NCBI GenBank assembly: GCA_977018835.1
Contig: OZ361256.1
Location: 6,944,001 to 7,008,000 of the forward strand
Direction: 5' to 3'
DNA length: 64,000 nucleotides
Origin: Minutocellus sp. GHC0000111
Taxonomy: Eukaryota
Positions 11,529 through 23,216 of the stretch are shown one piece after another (position 1 is the first letter of the stretch; each line of letters starts with the position of its first letter). Both the position numbers and the translations under genes were made by a program. The notes under the pieces were generated by a model. It saw nothing but the letters and a program-made list of their open reading frames with translations, was not told where the DNA came from and made no database searches.

Positions 11529-12188
11529 GTTGGGGTAGGATAGTTCAATAGGAGGAGTTGAGTTGAGTTGGTCGAGGCAGATGCCAAACTTACACGAGCA
11601 AGCATCCGCAAGAACACTGCGCCCACGCACGTAGCAGGCAGTTCTATGATCATCGGCATTGGGGTATATGCCAGGATGATTCTGTGCATTGTTCGTTCAC
11701 TTCGAATTTGTTTTCCTCAGGCCTTGGCGTCTTGGTACTCTCGTGTGTAAATTGTTGAATTGAATGAATGAATGAATTGTGAGCTGTTTTGAGATCCATG
11801 ATAATCCTTGGACCTACCAGTTCAGCTTTTTGGACTCTTGAGGGAGGAAGGAATTCTGTTCGCCTGCCTCTTTCATCTCATTCATTCGTTTACAGTAACA
11901 TCATATATGTGTACGTGTAATTCTTACGCTGTTGTAGTATCGCGAATTATTGCATTGCTGCATGGTACCAGGGCCCGCCCCTGATGGTACATCTGTAGTA
12001 TCATCAAGCCTACGACGTCGTGTAGGTCGCACCTCCGTCGGACCGAAAACCACGCACATTATTTCTTTGACTAGTGTCAAAAACATGCGACATCACAACC
12101 AAGCAAACCAAGATACACACAGCAGTCCCAGTCAAAGAGAGTAAGGAGGAAAGATACCTCGTGCCTTGGGCAGGTAGGAATACCAACC

Positions 12189-14654
12189 ATGCCTCTTGGG
12201 CGCATAACGCCGAATCCCAAGAGCAAGGTCAAGCCCCTGGTTTCCTCTCCCTCCTCTGCAGACCCTTCCAGTCCAGCTGCAGCTACTTCTGCGTCACGGA
12301 ACCAAAAGGGTGCCCTCTCTGCCAATATCAGGAAAAAGATTGCCAGCAGTAATGACAAACCCAAGCAGGGCAAGCCGGAAGCAAAAAGCAGTAGCAGTAG
12401 CGGCAAACCCAGAAAGAAGAAGAAGAAATCCAAATCCAAGAGCAAATCCGATGCGCTCAACTCTGAGGAGGACAACAAGCCCACCGAGCCAGTCCGCAAG
12501 CTACTCAAGCCCGAAGGGCAGGTAAATTTGACAGAGGAGGAACGAAAGGAGGAGATACAGCAGGTTCTGACGGGAGACGATCCCAACGTGCCTCGAAATG
12601 CCTGCAAGTACAGCTACAAGGACCAATGCTTCAAGCCAGATCCACCGGGGCAGGGCGATCATATGGCAGTCCATTTTCTAGATGAGGGTAGTTCGCTTCA
12701 CTTGGAAAGCAAGGAATATCGCATTCAAAAGGATCAAGAGGAGCTAAAGGCCGAGGCAAGGAGATCGAGGAACATGGCCGATGGTGGAGGCAGTAGCACT
12801 GGTATTGGCCAGGGAGACGGTGGGAAGGGCAGTGGTGCTTCTGACTCCAATGGTCAAGAGAATCAAGATGGCAACGGTGAGACCAAAACTTCAACTGACA
12901 CCACCACCACCACCACTACCTTTGTTGACGACGGAAAGAACCAATTCAATTACTCGGAGCGGGCTACACAAACCTTCAACAATCCAACTCGTTCCCGCGA
13001 GGTCAATACCGAGCCTCCACCGGTAACGCAGTACAGTGCCAACGTGTCGCAGTGGCAAATCTACGACGCCTACATGAACGATGCTCTTGTGGGAAGGATG
13101 GGATCCTCCAGCGGAGGTACTAGTGGTGCCGGCAGTGGCGATAAAGATGACAAGAATAGCTTCGAAGATCGTTTGTCGGTGATTCTCGATGACAAGAGTG
13201 GCGACGATGATGGTGGAGACATCGGAGGTAATAATGCCTCTGGAAGTGGTGGAGACCAACCCTCTCAAGCAGATGCCATGCATGGAGAGGGCATGGCTCG
13301 TCTACTCAAAATGACGGAACGATGCATGAATCACAACTCGCAAGATGACATATTCGAGGACTTCAAGTACTGGGAAGACGAGAGTGATGCATATCGCCAG
13401 AACGAAGGGTCGGTGCTTCCGCTATGGAAGTTTTGCACGGACCAAACCAAGAGAAAGCAGGGAACATCGGTGTGCTGGAATCCTCGCTACCCGGATCTAT
13501 TTGCCGTCGGGTATGGTTCCTTCGATTTCTCGAAACAGTCGACTGGATTGATCTGTCTCTTTACTCTCAAGAACACATCGTTTCCAGAATACACCTTTCG
13601 AACCGAGGCCGGTGTATTGTGTTTGGACTTTCATCCCACGTATCCATCGCTTTTGGCCGTGGGGTGTTACGATGGCAGTGTCATGGTGTTTGATTTGGCC
13701 AACAAGCGCAGCAACAAGCCCATCTACTCCTCATCGGTCAGGACTGGTAGACATACCGACCCCGTTTGGCAGATTCACTGGCAGATCGAGGAGGATTATG
13801 GCAAGGACTGCACCTTTTACTCCGTCTCGAGTGATGGTAGGGTAGCCAAGTGGAATATGAGCAAGAACGAGCTCAAGATGGAGCCCGTCATGACTCTCAA
13901 GCTCGTTACGACCAACATGACACAAAATGGTGCCGATGGCGACAGAAACAACGACAAAGGCCAGGATGAAGACGAAGACGCTGATTTGTTGATGGCTGGG
14001 CTGCATTACACGCTGCCAGACGAAGTACTCGCCGGTAGCAGTACGCTCAGTGGATTGGCCAGCGGCAGTTGCTTCGACTTTAATCCGAAGCAGGATCATT
14101 TGTTCATTGTAGGCACTGAGGAAGGAGGTGTCTACAAGTGCAGCAAGGCCTACAGTGGTCAGTACCTAGAAACCTACGTCGGCCATCACATGGCGGTCTA
14201 CGCAGCTCGATGGAATCCCTTTCACGAGCGATTGTTCCTAACCTGTTCGGCCGATTGGACAGTCAAGCTCTGGGATCACGAGCAGAGCCTTCCCATACTG
14301 TCGTTTGACTTGGGCAATGCCGTTGGCGATGTTTGCTGGGAACCGTATTCGTCGACGGTATTTGCCGCCATCACCAATGACGGCAAGGTCCATGTCTTTG
14401 ACTTGGCAGAGAATAAGCACGAGTCTCTCTGCTCTCAACTGATTACGAAGAAGGCCAGCCTTTCGAGCATCGAGTTCAATCGCAAAGATCCTATCCTCAT
14501 CGTAGCAGATGACAGGGGCATTGCTCACTCAATCAAGCCATCTCCAAATCTTCGCAAGTCACGAGCTCCTCCTGAGGGCAAGGATGTTGATGACATGGAG
14601 TGGCAACGAGCGAGGCTGGAGACGTTGCTTTCGACCCGTCGGAGGAATTCGTGA
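12189..14654 (+). CDS. DNAI1: Axonemal outer-arm dynein intermediate chain 1 (IC78/ODA9 type)
   Basis: KNQFNYSERATQT, EPPP, SQWQIYDAY, DFKYWEDESD, LPLWKF, DLFAVGYGS and WD40 repeats (HTDPVWQI, SADWTVKLWD). Confidence 0.92.
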   Translation: MPLGRITPNPKSKVKPLVSSPSSADPSSPAAATSASRNQKGALSANIRKKIASSNDKPKQGKPEAKSSSSSGKPRKKKKKSKSKSKSDALNSEEDNKPTEPVRKLLKPEGQVNLTEEERKEEIQQVLTGDDPNVPRNACKYSYKDQCFKPDPPGQGDHMAVHFLDEGSSLHLESKEYRIQKDQEELKAEARRSRNMADGGGSSTGIGQGDGGKGSGASDSNGQENQDGNGETKTSTDTTTTTTTFVDDGKNQFNYSERATQTFNNPTRSREVNTEPPPVTQYSANVSQWQIYDAYMNDALVGRMGSSSGGTSGAGSGDKDDKNSFEDRLSVILDDKSGDDDGGDIGGNNASGSGGDQPSQADAMHGEGMARLLKMTERCMNHNSQDDIFEDFKYWEDESDAYRQNEGSVLPLWKFCTDQTKRKQGTSVCWNPRYPDLFAVGYGSFDFSKQSTGLICLFTLKNTSFPEYTFRTEAGVLCLDFHPTYPSLLAVGCYDGSVMVFDLANKRSNKPIYSSSVRTGRHTDPVWQIHWQIEEDYGKDCTFYSVSSDGRVAKWNMSKNELKMEPVMTLKLVTTNMTQNGADGDRNNDKGQDEDEDADLLMAGLHYTLPDEVLAGSSTLSGLASGSCFDFNPKQDHLFIVGTEEGGVYKCSKAYSGQYLETYVGHHMAVYAARWNPFHERLFLTCSADWTVKLWDHEQSLPILSFDLGNAVGDVCWEPYSSTVFAAITNDGKVHVFDLAENKHESLCSQLITKKASLSSIEFNRKDPILIVADDRGIAHSIKPSPNLRKSRAPPEGKDVDDMEWQRARLETLLSTRRRNS

Positions 14655-14883
14655 AGAAGTACCTAGGTAGAGGACTCAACCAATAAATCGCAACACCTCC
14701 AGCACCAAGCAGCAAAAGAAATAAGTAGTGATAATTTTACAAGTTGATGTGTGCGAGTATGTGCGTGTGTGCTTTGTTGCCATCATCTTCTCTGCCTGTG
14801 GTATCCGTTTCAACCCGTAATTTCTCCGGTGGAAAACCTCTCTACTAGCTATTATTACAGCAATCGATCGCATCGATCGGCCC

Positions 14884-14908
14884 ACCCATCCATCCATCCA
14901 TCCATCCA
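14884..14908. repeat. (CCAT)n microsatellite
   Basis: About five CCAT units between convergent genes. Confidence 0.85.
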
Positions 14909-14978
14909 CATCGCGAGAAAGATAATAACATGATACGCCGTCTTCGTAGCTCCCTTATGCCAGTAGGTAGTGTCCTCC

Positions 14979-15341
14979 TTACTCCTCGTTGACCTTTTCA
15001 GCCTCAATTTCTGGCAATTTCACACCCAAACCAAGTTCCTGTATGGAATCATCAAACGTAACGATCGCCTTCTTGTAATCTCGGCATTTGTAGTAGGCGA
15101 CCCGGCGCTGTCCGAACACACGCTTCCGCTTGCCCAGATAATTCATCGTGTTGACCCTCTTCACCGGCAGGTCGTATATTTTCTGCAAATGTTCCTTGAT
15201 CTCGTGCTTGGTCATCCGCGGCAATACCCGGAAGGTCGCCTGCGCGTTGGCCCTCTCGGTGGCGTTCACGGCATCTACCAGTACCATGGGCATCGTCGGC
15301 ATCCACTGCCGGAATCGGCTGAGATATCTCGTGGCAAACAT
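14979..15341 (-). CDS. MRPL23: Mitochondrial ribosomal protein uL23m
   Basis: TFRVLPRMTKHEIKEHLQKIYDLPVKRVNTMNYLGKRKR...DYKKAIVT is the L23 signature. Confidence 0.9.
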   Translation of the reverse strand: MFATRYLSRFRQWMPTMPMVLVDAVNATERANAQATFRVLPRMTKHEIKEHLQKIYDLPVKRVNTMNYLGKRKRVFGQRRVAYYKCRDYKKAIVTFDDSIQELGLGVKLPEIEAEKVNEE

Positions 15342-15705
15342 TGTGCCTTATATAGTGTATTGAAATATCTTTGTTTTGTGCAGGGCTGTGGCCTGCCGTA
15401 CTGTGGCTATCGCTACTCGGCTTCGCTCTTGGCTGTCGCGTCGGTGTCGATGTCGGTCTTCAGTCTTCAGTCAAGCAGTGCCATGGCGACATGGCTCGGC
15501 AACGAGAGGGATCAGGTCATGAGCCCAAAAGGCACGTGCAGTGCTGTCAACCGTCAAACCGGCCGTCGTATCCTGACGGCCTGCCGCAACAAGAAGCGGC
15601 AGTGAGTCGAGGAGTGACCAAAGGAACAAACAACTTCGGCCAGAATTAGTAGTCTTATACTTCTGCTGATTAAGGTCTTTTAGTGAGGAGTGACCAACCG
15701 CAGCC

Positions 15706-17556
15706 ATGATACTATCAAGAGGTGCCCGGTCGCCAGGCACCGCGCTCATGGCTGCCCTTGTTTTGTTTGTGGTTGGCCTTCACGAGAATGAGGCGGGGGT
15801 GGCGGGGGTTCTGGTATCAGCATTTGCTCCTGCGGCACCGTCCCTAGTCGGGACATCACATCGGCGTACTTCAATGCTTGTCCATAGCAGCAGCAGCAGA
15901 GTTGACTCTGATCAAAGGACGGCAAAGCCCAAGCTTTCCAGGGCAGAGCGAAAGGCAAAGGAGCGTGCCAAGAAAAACAATCCGAAAAGCTCTGCAACTA
16001 AGAAGACCAGTGGCAATCGAAAGGGACGACGACCCGGAGACAGTGGCAATAATAACAATAACAATCAGGCCAAGGAATATCGGTTGCACTCGACGGCGAT
16101 ATCCAAGCTGACGGCATCCTCAACGGCTGACGATGTTGTCAAAGCCATCAAGCGAGCGCAGAATTTGCACGACGTGCACGACATCAAAAACATTGAGAAT
16201 TTCCTCCTGGAGGAGTGCGACGAGACCTTTGCGTACGGCTATCGAGGCAGTCTACTGGCTCGACTTGCCGTGGCGGCGATGCACATGAACAACAACGATC
16301 TGGCACGAAAGGCGATTGAGGTCCGTCGGACGGTCCACCGCTCGTCCATGCTGCCGTTGGAGAGTGCCGCGATCATTCGCGGTCTACTTCGCATGCACAA
16401 CGTAACAGACGCCATCGAAGTGCTCAACGATGAGCTCACCCTGCCAATGGATGGTACGCCACCTGATACGCCCGAGAGTCAGGAGCTCATCAAGCATCGG
16501 GCCTTGTCGATCGCCTCCATTGCATCTCGTAGCTTCTTTGAAGACCATCCATACATGGGAGTAAAGGCAATGCGATGGCTTGCAACATTGGGGCCGATTG
16601 TGCGAGAATCTGGTCTAGCAATTACCGACCTTTCCATGCCGTGGACTAGAATTATTCAGGGAGCTGCCCAATGCGAATCGAAGCGGAGAGATGGAACATT
16701 GAAATCCAAATGCCCTGCAGACGATGATGGCACCGAGGAGGATGATGACATTGAATTGCCTTGCAACCTTGTTTTCTCGGTGTTGAATGCCATGGCAACC
16801 TTTCCTTCCGACAATAACGACAGGACTTATGAGGCCTTGTCGAATGCGTTGGTACGACGAACTCTCTTTATCACCGGTGCAGTGGCCTTATCAGGGTGCC
16901 CGGAAGCCGACCGAGGTGAAGCGGCCTTTATTGGAAGATCAAATGTGGGCAAGAGTAGTCTTGTCAATATGATTACCAATCGAAAATCTTTAGCTTATAC
17001 CAGTAAACGTCCTGGAAAGACGCAGCAGTTCAACTTTTTCGCTGTCAATGACAAGCCGGAGCGAGAGCGCGAGATCAAGTATGGGGACGAAATTAAGGGC
17101 GAGAAGGATCCAGATTCTTTCTATATCGTGGATTTGCCGGGCTTCGGTTATGCCAAGGTACCGCAACGACAGCGCCAAGAGTGGTCGGACTTCTTCAACG
17201 ACTACCTCGCTAATCGTAGAAACTTGAAGATATTGTTCCATCTGGTCGATGCAAGGCACGGACCAATCGATGAAGATTCACGCATTATGAAGCAAGTCGG
17301 CGAGACACTACCCAAGAACGTCAAGTATGTGGTCGTCCTAACAAAGGCTGATAAGAACGTGAAGGGACCTTCAACCAAAAATTCCGGCAAGGTCGCAAGA
17401 GGGACCTTGGAAATTGTTCGAGATACAATGAAGGCGAATGACGTTGGTAATGCACCGGTGTTACTAACATCATCAGAAACAAAGCTTGGTCGAGATGATT
17501 TATGGCGTTATCTCAGACTGGCGGCTGAGGCAAAGGTGGATGTGAAGAAACAATGA
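15706..17556 (+). CDS. engB: Plastid-targeted EngB/YihA/YsxC ribosome-biogenesis GTPase with long N-terminal extension
   Basis: G1 GRSNVGKSSL, G2 PGKTQ, G3 DLPGFG, G4 TKADK. Hydrophobic leader followed by VSAFAP (diatom bipartite plastid signal). Confidence 0.88.
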   Translation: MILSRGARSPGTALMAALVLFVVGLHENEAGVAGVLVSAFAPAAPSLVGTSHRRTSMLVHSSSSRVDSDQRTAKPKLSRAERKAKERAKKNNPKSSATKKTSGNRKGRRPGDSGNNNNNNQAKEYRLHSTAISKLTASSTADDVVKAIKRAQNLHDVHDIKNIENFLLEECDETFAYGYRGSLLARLAVAAMHMNNNDLARKAIEVRRTVHRSSMLPLESAAIIRGLLRMHNVTDAIEVLNDELTLPMDGTPPDTPESQELIKHRALSIASIASRSFFEDHPYMGVKAMRWLATLGPIVRESGLAITDLSMPWTRIIQGAAQCESKRRDGTLKSKCPADDDGTEEDDDIELPCNLVFSVLNAMATFPSDNNDRTYEALSNALVRRTLFITGAVALSGCPEADRGEAAFIGRSNVGKSSLVNMITNRKSLAYTSKRPGKTQQFNFFAVNDKPEREREIKYGDEIKGEKDPDSFYIVDLPGFGYAKVPQRQRQEWSDFFNDYLANRRNLKILFHLVDARHGPIDEDSRIMKQVGETLPKNVKYVVVLTKADKNVKGPSTKNSGKVARGTLEIVRDTMKANDVGNAPVLLTSSETKLGRDDLWRYLRLAAEAKVDVKKQ

Positions 17557-17736
17557 TCATTATTCATACTTACTTGTTAGCTAGCTACGCGTTGTATAAT
17601 TTTTTATCTTATTAAAATCTAATTGCCCTCTCTATTTTGATGAAAAGAAAACGGTACCGGGCACATGTTGTTGACCCTGATCTATTTTCTACGCAGCTCT
17701 AGCTAGCTAGCTAGTCTCTAGTGGATATGTAGTAGT

Positions 17737-20700
17737 CTAATGCGACGATTCTTCGCTCGGACCGCTTTCGATGTCAATGGTATCATCGGTGTTGGAGCGC
17801 CTGAGTGCGATTTGCTCCAGCTCCGAAAGGCGACGCTTCTCCTTGTTTTGGCGATACCGAATATAGGCGATTGAGATCACGTGGACCGAGTGGTGGATCT
17901 TCTTTAGCATCTGAAGGACTCTCATTCTCTCTCTAACGTCGGCCCCAGAGACAGGAGATGCAGTAGTGGCAATTCTCATAATGCTGTGAGTGCGATCGTA
18001 CCGGTAACCGAGGAGACCAAAGGACATCTTGCGGAAGAAAGCTTCAACCCTTCTTCCCATCTCATGAAACATTACTGTCATGGCAACAAATCGCTGCATC
18101 GAGGCAATGCGACTTTCGTAGAGCTCTTGCGCAAAGTCCTGACTCTTGGTGGCTCCGGTTAAGGCAGGATTTTGAGCGAATTGAGACTGCTCTACTCCCT
18201 GCATAACGTGTTCCCCAAAGTACGATTCGTCACTCGCATGGACCTGAATGACGCCATACTCGTCTCGAATACTTGGCTCGCACATGTAAGCAATGTCCAT
18301 CTGGGGGAGCTTCATCATGTGAATAAACTCAGCGAGGCTGTAAGGAATGGTGGAACAGAAAATTGTGTTGTTGAGATTTGAGGTAAAATAGATTGGATGC
18401 AATGTACGATGTTTCAATACATTCATTTTGGTGTGTTTTTCATCATTGGAAACTCACCTCAAACTGCCATTATCATCAACGTCGCACTCATCAAAGATAC
18501 GCATTAATTGATCTTTCGTTAGATCGGGTTTGAGCTTGTGATAACCTGCGACAAATTCGTCTCTTGAGAGTGCTCCGTCCTCGTTGACATCTTTTGGGAG
18601 TGGAAGAGGGAATTACGCAGAGAACACAGGGATTAGAAGGGGACACAGGACTTAATTAGAAGAACACGGACGATGCAAATAAAAAATCTTCCATCTCGAC
18701 TTACCGAGCCGATCAAAGATCTCTCTTAGGCCATCGTTCCACTTTCTTTCAGCAATTGCTGATTCTATCAGGTTCTGTGTGGGAATATGACCGCTACAGT
18801 CCAAACACTTCTCTGCATTCTTTTGAAGGTTAGTATAAGCACCTAAAAGTGCGGTGGACGATCTGCGTTTCTCTGTGGCTACATTGAGCGTTGGACGAGT
18901 AGTCACTGGGGGCACCTTGGATTTCTTTGCCTGCAAAGTTTGACCTTGAGTGCCCGTACCAGTACCTCCTGTTGATGCCTTTGTCTCATGAATGGTAGGC
19001 GATTTCCTCATGCCTGGCCAAAGTTCATTGATGTCTTTGCTCACTAGAGTCGGAACGCCGCTGGTAGCAAGGACGTCATTCAAAACATTCGACCGATGTT
19101 CGCTTTGGTCTTCCAGTGCCACGATGGCCGTCTGTCGCTTCCTCCGACTGGTGCTTTGACCGCCCATGCTAAGATCAAGACGAGTTCGCTTGCGCCGGCT
19201 TTCAGCGTCAATCTTTTCCAGCATCTTTTCGCATAAAAACAGAGGCCGGTGGCGATCGAGGAAGATGCCACGGGCACTGAGAGGCAATTTGAAAGGATTG
19301 TGGCCGATGGTTATGGACTCTGCAGTGCTCCCAATGCTTTGAATGCTCGACGCTTGATTGACGGAAAGACAACAGGAAGCCTCGAGGGATGTCAGAGCAC
19401 TAAGCCTTCCATCAGGTCTACCACAAACAATTAAGGTGCCCCGAACCACTCTGTGGGTATGTCGGTGCAAGAAATGATCTGATGGATTTCCCGATAGGAC
19501 ATTTAGGCCAGCAATGCTGTACGAGACGGCAAATATCTTACTCAGAAAGGCATCGGCGGCCTGACTCACCCAGGGAATATCAGCAATAACCACCGTTCGC
19601 CCAACCATACGATGCCGGATTGCTCGTCGTTGAATGACACGGATAATCAGCACATTAATTTGGGGAAGATAGAAGTAAATCAGGGCGTCAAGAAGCTTCA
19701 CGAAATACCACGCGGTTGAATTTACGAGACCGGCCCCTTTGGCAATAGCAGACGCAAGAGGATAACCAGATATCACTGTCGCCATGATATAGAGAAATGT
19801 AATGATGTATGCCCTGGCGTTCTCAAGGATATGGTCCGCCCATACTCGACCAGCATCTCGGAGTTCCTTCTCGGCCTTGGCTTGATCCTTTGTGATCATG
19901 TTGCCAAAGTAATCCACACCAACAATTTCTTCCAAGGCATGCAGATTATCCTGATTACAACGTTCAAGGATACGAAGATCATGCTCGGTAATGACTGCGC
20001 CACTTGCATGTCTATAATGCTGATTGGATAAAATAATGATTGCAATGTGTTGGAAAATACACGTCAAGAGCTGCTGTGTAGCCGCTACAGAAACCGAGCA
20101 CGGCTCGGCGGGCCGAAGGCCGACATCCGTAGTGAATACTCTTGAATTGAATAAGAGCATCATGTGGTCATCTTCATTGTGTGCGGCTCGAAGCTGCTTT
20201 CCAATTTGACTGTCCCACTCGCTCGTCACGACAAAAACATTATTGTTCGTATTCAAAAGGTTGCTGACGGCAAGAGGGCTGAAGGTACCGCCACTATGAC
20301 TGACAATAATAACAATAGCATTATCAAGCTTGGTTGTTTTGTTGCTCATGGGATAGCCAACGGATGGAATAGACAGCTCTTGCCCAAATAAACCGAGGAG
20401 CTTATTGCTGGACACAGAAGTAATGTTTAGCTTCGGAAAAGATTTCTGTAGGTCGCATGCAAACTGCTCGGCGAGCCAGAGCGACACCTCACATCCCGTG
20501 AGAAGGATATCAATCGACCGAGGTTGGGCTGTTTCTTCGACATATGAGTCCATTTTCTGCCGAATGCACCGGGCCAAATTCCAGGCCGTCAATCGATTAC
20601 TGTGTTGGTAGAAGAATAAAAGGATTGAAAAGTATTAGCGACCAAAGCGCTTCAAAATACCTAAGTCTAGTACCGGTAGATACAATCAGAACAAAGCAGA

Positions 20701-22964
20701 ATAATACTTACAAGCTCATCTTGGACCTGTTCATGTTTCTCCAGTCCTCTTGGATCTCTCGGCATATAAGAGGAATGTCTTGAATGTCCTTCAGAACGGG
20801 AACCGCGGCCTCCTTGGGCAGAGGCTTGATGAACTGATTCCTCGTTAGGCGGGTCATCCGATGGTAGAGAAGATCCGATGCATTGTGGGCCTTGCTTTCC
20901 TGTATTAGGTAGGCGTCGACTCGTCCATTCATTAAGCGATGCTTTGTAACATTTCTGTTGGGAGGCGAGACGGCGAAACTCTTGAAACGTCGCTTTCCCC
21001 AGTCCAAAAGGACAATCTCTCCACCGAGATCATCCAGATCTAGTCGGAGATCATCATTGTCGATATCCAAATGGGTCTTGCCCAGAACATCTGGAGGGCC
21101 ACCGGGCACTTCTGCCGTCATTCCTGCCTTGACGGCAGCCTGCTCGCTCCCAAAGCAAATAATTCCCTTCTTGGGATAAAGCGCAATCGAGAGTGTCTGT
21201 CCTCGGGCCGCAAGGCAAACCTGGCGCTGCGCATCCAACGATGATGAAATGCACAACCCAAATGAACCTGACGCGTTGGCCAAGAAGATTTTGGTCGACT
21301 GAAGGAGATCATTGTCAAAGAAAGCATCCACAGTTACCTTGGCAAATAACCTCAAACCTTCGCCTCCAAGCTCTTCGTCACCCCGTTTGGCATTTCTAGA
21401 AAAGAGGGATTGGATCTCGCGCGACTCTCGTAAAAGCTTGGCAGTCACCTTGGAAATAAGCACGTGACGCTTTCCTTCATCGGTACTGATGGTTTCAAGC
21501 GTCTCGCCTCCAGACAACATATCGTCGAGCTCCTTCTCAAATAGAGATCCTACTTTGTCGTATTGGTTGGCGGACGGAAGATTTGCAGCGACCGCATCTT
21601 CAGTGATCCGGCTGGTGGGTAAACCAAGGCATACAGCATAGCGTGCACTCAGACTGAAGCTATTGTGCGGAAATATTGGATGGAAAATTAATTGTGGATT
21701 TGCGCGATGTTAGATCAGAAACTTCGCAGTAAAAAAAATACCACGGAACGCAAGGATAAATGAATTCTTCTACTCTCTTTACTTACCATCCTTGACAACG
21801 GATAAGATCGATAAATCCAGCAATGCACACACTGTCCACCGCCGCTGGGAGTGCAGCCGATGTGGCAATAGGGAGCCACTTCTGAAGGATATCCAAGTCA
21901 TACGCCTTGCCATTGACGTCGTAGAAGTCGAAGTCGCCGTTGTGTGTGACGTAGTTTTCGCATCTGATGAGCCTAGGAAAGTCCTTGTCGGCAGCAGATT
22001 TAGACAATGGGGAGAATGATGTCGAGGTAGATGCATCAACAGCAACTGTACGATCGGGAACAATGCTGAAGTTGTAAAATCGGCGAAGCGTAGGCGGTGT
22101 CCATCTCTGAGGATGGGTGCCGTCAAAGGTGGCTTTGGACGAAGTAGCAAAGCGAGTATGTCCGGAAAAGAAAGGGACAAAGCCTTCGGAGGGGAAGGAG
22201 TGCGAAAGGGAATCAAACACATCCGCCTTGACCTTGGCTCGAATTAAGTTGGATAGATCGGTGCGTTTCATATTGACCACTCGGCTGCGAACACCCACCA
22301 TTGGATGTCCCTTGACGGGCAATCGCTTGGATCGGCAGTACGTAATTACGCCGCCGGATTGAGCGCCTCTCATCATCGTCACATTGACCATTTGCTCCAG
22401 CAGGTCCAATGCATGCCGGCCATTATCTTTCGAGGTCCATGCCGAGTTGATCACTATCAATCCAAAGTTCCCGCAGAAGAATGTGATACCGGGAGATGCG
22501 GGTCCAAGCAGCGGGATCACCGGAAGACGAAGCAAGTCCGTCCATACGGCCTCGATGGCCGTGATAGTTGCGGCAATGATGATATTGGCCCGATAGCTGG
22601 GCCTATAGGAGTGCATGTTGGCCAGGATGACCGCCACAATGACGCTGAACATCCATCCCGAATGCCGTGTCATTGTCTCGATGAACAATACATCACTGCT
22701 TTCATTACCGCCGACCCCCAAAGATGGGACCAGGGGAACGACGCTCTGCCGCGCAAAGACCGTGCGAAATATAACGGTCGGCACGCCATCGGCGAAGAAG
22801 CTGCGCAGAAAGGCATCGAGATGAAGGCTGCCGTAAAGTAGAACGTGGAGGAATGCTGCGGTGACCACATGCGCACACTCATGCAGGGCACCGAAGACGA
22901 CGTAGTAGCAAAGGAGGACATTGTACCGCACGCCGGGGACTGATGGTGCCCTGGCGTGCGTCAT
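17737..22964 (-). CDS. Multi-exon GlmS-like protein: membrane N-terminus, class II glutamine amidotransferase, SIS-like domain, TM segments, two EF-hands. Exons ~22964-21787, 21659-20712, 20599-18705, 18590-18458, 18337-17737
   Basis: CGNFG, RGAQSGG, GHTRFATSS, HNGDF (Ntn glutaminase); IVSHSGGT (SIS); DVNEDGALSRDEF and DVDDNGSLSLAEF (EF-hands). All four GT-AG junctions keep frame. Confidence 0.75.
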
Positions 22965-23216
22965 TGGCAGGGTAATAGGCAAAGTTGACACGATGCAATC
23001 AAGGGATGGCAATGATGATGTCTCTTGGCTACCAGTATTGATGTGTGCTATCTTTGCGGGTCGGTGCAATTGCATTTAATCTCCCAATATCTTTGGAATT
23101 CTCTCTCGCTGACGTGCTGACACCAAGAGACACTTTTTCCGGCCGCGAGCTTTTTGTCCCCCTGCTGGCCACGACAGCAGGTCGGGCAACCATCCATTTT
23201 GACGCACCACCGCACC

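Noticed and set aside
10668..11630. 320 aa minus-strand ORF and other long antisense or overlapping ORFs (e.g. 37624-38412, 40923-41570, 45399-46064)
   Set aside because: Shadows of GC-rich genes on the opposite strand, with no motifs of their own.
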